Source: Lepidodermella squamata (taxonomy: Eukaryota > Animalia > Gastrotricha). Taken from it: a stretch of 64,000 nt of DNA. Below the pieces are notes generated by a model, which made no database searches, was not told the DNA's origin, and worked only from the letters and a program-made list of their open reading frames with translations. The DNA lies in contig JBLDXI010000023.1 in assembly GCA_047495785.1 (NCBI GenBank), positions 496,001 through 560,000 of the forward strand, in the 5' to 3' direction. The position numbers were made by a program, and so were the translations under genes. Below, piece by piece: positions 62,770-64,000 of the stretch (position 1 is the stretch's first letter; each line of letters starts with the position of its first letter).

Positions 62770-63067
62770 ATACATTTATAACACTTGTGTATACGTGAGT
62801 CCATTATGAGTAATTCGTAGTCAATACGAGCGAATTCATCGAAAAATCTCGCAACTTCCAAAATTATTTCAAAATTTTCCCCTAATTCTAAAAATTATTC
62901 CGAATTTTTACGAAATTTTTAAACAAATTTCCACAAAAATTTGCTCACTTAATTGGAATAATTAATTAACTTATTTGCAATTAATCATTTGGACGTTGGT
63001 TTTCGAAAAATCGCTCGTATGGCTATAATAGTTTGAATCACCGATTGCGCACGTGGAGGGTCGATTA

Positions 63068-64000
63068 TCATTTCATTAGACAATGTAACGCTAGGATAGC
63101 GCCTACCACTATTGCCGATGTCGATGACAGCAAATTGGTCGAGTGGATCGAGCGGTCGGCGATGCTTTTCACCGCCACAGGGTTGAGCACAACAGCCGGC
63201 GTGACGTCCCCGTTATCCGGGCACTCATCAGCCGCGAACGCCTCCGTGTTGCACGAATCACCGCAGCACGTGCACCGTGTCGCCGAGGTCCAAATAATCG
63301 AATGCCGCCTTAGCGATATTGTTTGGTACAAGAGCCGGTTCGAAGGTGTGCATTGCTTCGGGAAAACGTCCATTTCCTTCACGCATGAGTAACTAACCAT
63401 CCGACCGGCGCCTTTGTTCTGTAGAAGTTTCAAAACCTGGCAGGAAACACAACCAGATTCTTGCTTCATAGCTTGGCTGATATTTTGTGGCTGTCTGCCC
63501 TCTTCGAAAAGGTAATTCATGAAAAATTGACCGGAATTACACGTGATTCTACTTTGACTGGAACTAACAATAGCTGGTTCAGTAGTAGCGACCAATTCAT
63601 CGGGGCGAATTATGCAGTTTTTCGCCATTTGCTCCGGGCTATTGCAGTTGCTTTCGCAGCAAATGCATTCTCGGGTTATGCCGAACTTTGTTTTGTCCGT
63701 TTGTTCGCTTTTCGAGCATTTTTGAGTGTTAGCGTCCAATTTAGCGCAGATGTAGTGAATTTTCAGGCCAGATTCGTCTAGCAACGACGTCGTCTGACAC
63801 ATTGAACAGCCTGGGACTAGAATTAATGTAGTAGAGACATTTCGCCCGTTTTTCCCGATATCAACTTGTCCGAAGTAGCAATTGATGCCAGTATCGAGGT
63901 TTCTTTCAGGATCTGGGATGTAGACGATTTTTGCAGTTGCCGGTGGACTCGGAGTTGTAGTTGTAGATGTCGTAGTGGTTGTAGTTGTAGTTGACTTTTC
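63068..64000 (-). CDS. Multi-domain Ly6/three-finger-like protein with Thr-rich stalk and GPI-like C-terminus, 5'-partial
   Basis: Frame is open from base 64000 (EKSTTTTTTTTS...). Two domains, INCYFG..CSMC..CICCESNCN..C and ITCNSG..CVSC..CTCCGDSCN..C. Ends SSTSAIVVGAILALHCLMK. Confidence 0.88.
   Translation of the reverse strand, partial: EKSTTTTTTTTSTTTTPSPPATAKIVYIPDPERNLDTGINCYFGQVDIGKNGRNVSTTLILVPGCSMCQTTSLLDESGLKIHYICAKLDANTQKCSKSEQTDKTKFGITRECICCESNCNSPEQMAKNCIIRPDELVATTEPAIVSSSQSRITCNSGQFFMNYLFEEGRQPQNISQAMKQESGCVSCQVLKLLQNKGAGRMVSYSCVKEMDVFPKQCTPSNRLLYQTISLRRHSIIWTSATRCTCCGDSCNTEAFAADECPDNGDVTPAVVLNPVAVKSIADRSIHSTNLLSSTSAIVVGAILALHCLMK

Overview
Eukaryotic (animal, probably a small invertebrate) genomic DNA with GT-AG introns, many about 50 nt long. 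I found no rRNA, tRNA or CRISPR arrays. The window is dominated by a tandem family of intron-containing ankyrin-repeat genes that, unusually, begin with a signal-peptide exon. There are 8 near-full copies (A1-A8): 3 are complete and intact, 1 is 5'-truncated by the window edge, and 4 are disabled. At least 4 further fragments are present. Each copy has the layout signal peptide - ANK block 1 - Ser/Thr linker - ANK block 2, usually followed by an acidic Tyr/Cys tail, with hypervariable aromatic loops and conserved Cys pairs. Interspersed are other secreted or surface genes: three Ly6/three-finger-like genes, two 4-exon Cys-rich genes, a galaxin-like dicysteine gene missing from the ORF track, and a candidate GPI-anchored gene. 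There is also one intronless Pro-rich orphan ORF and many non-autonomous DNA transposons, several with clear TIRs and TSDs. Exon models were built by eye from splice sites, reading frame and paralog comparison, and all family assignments are from motif recognition without database searches.
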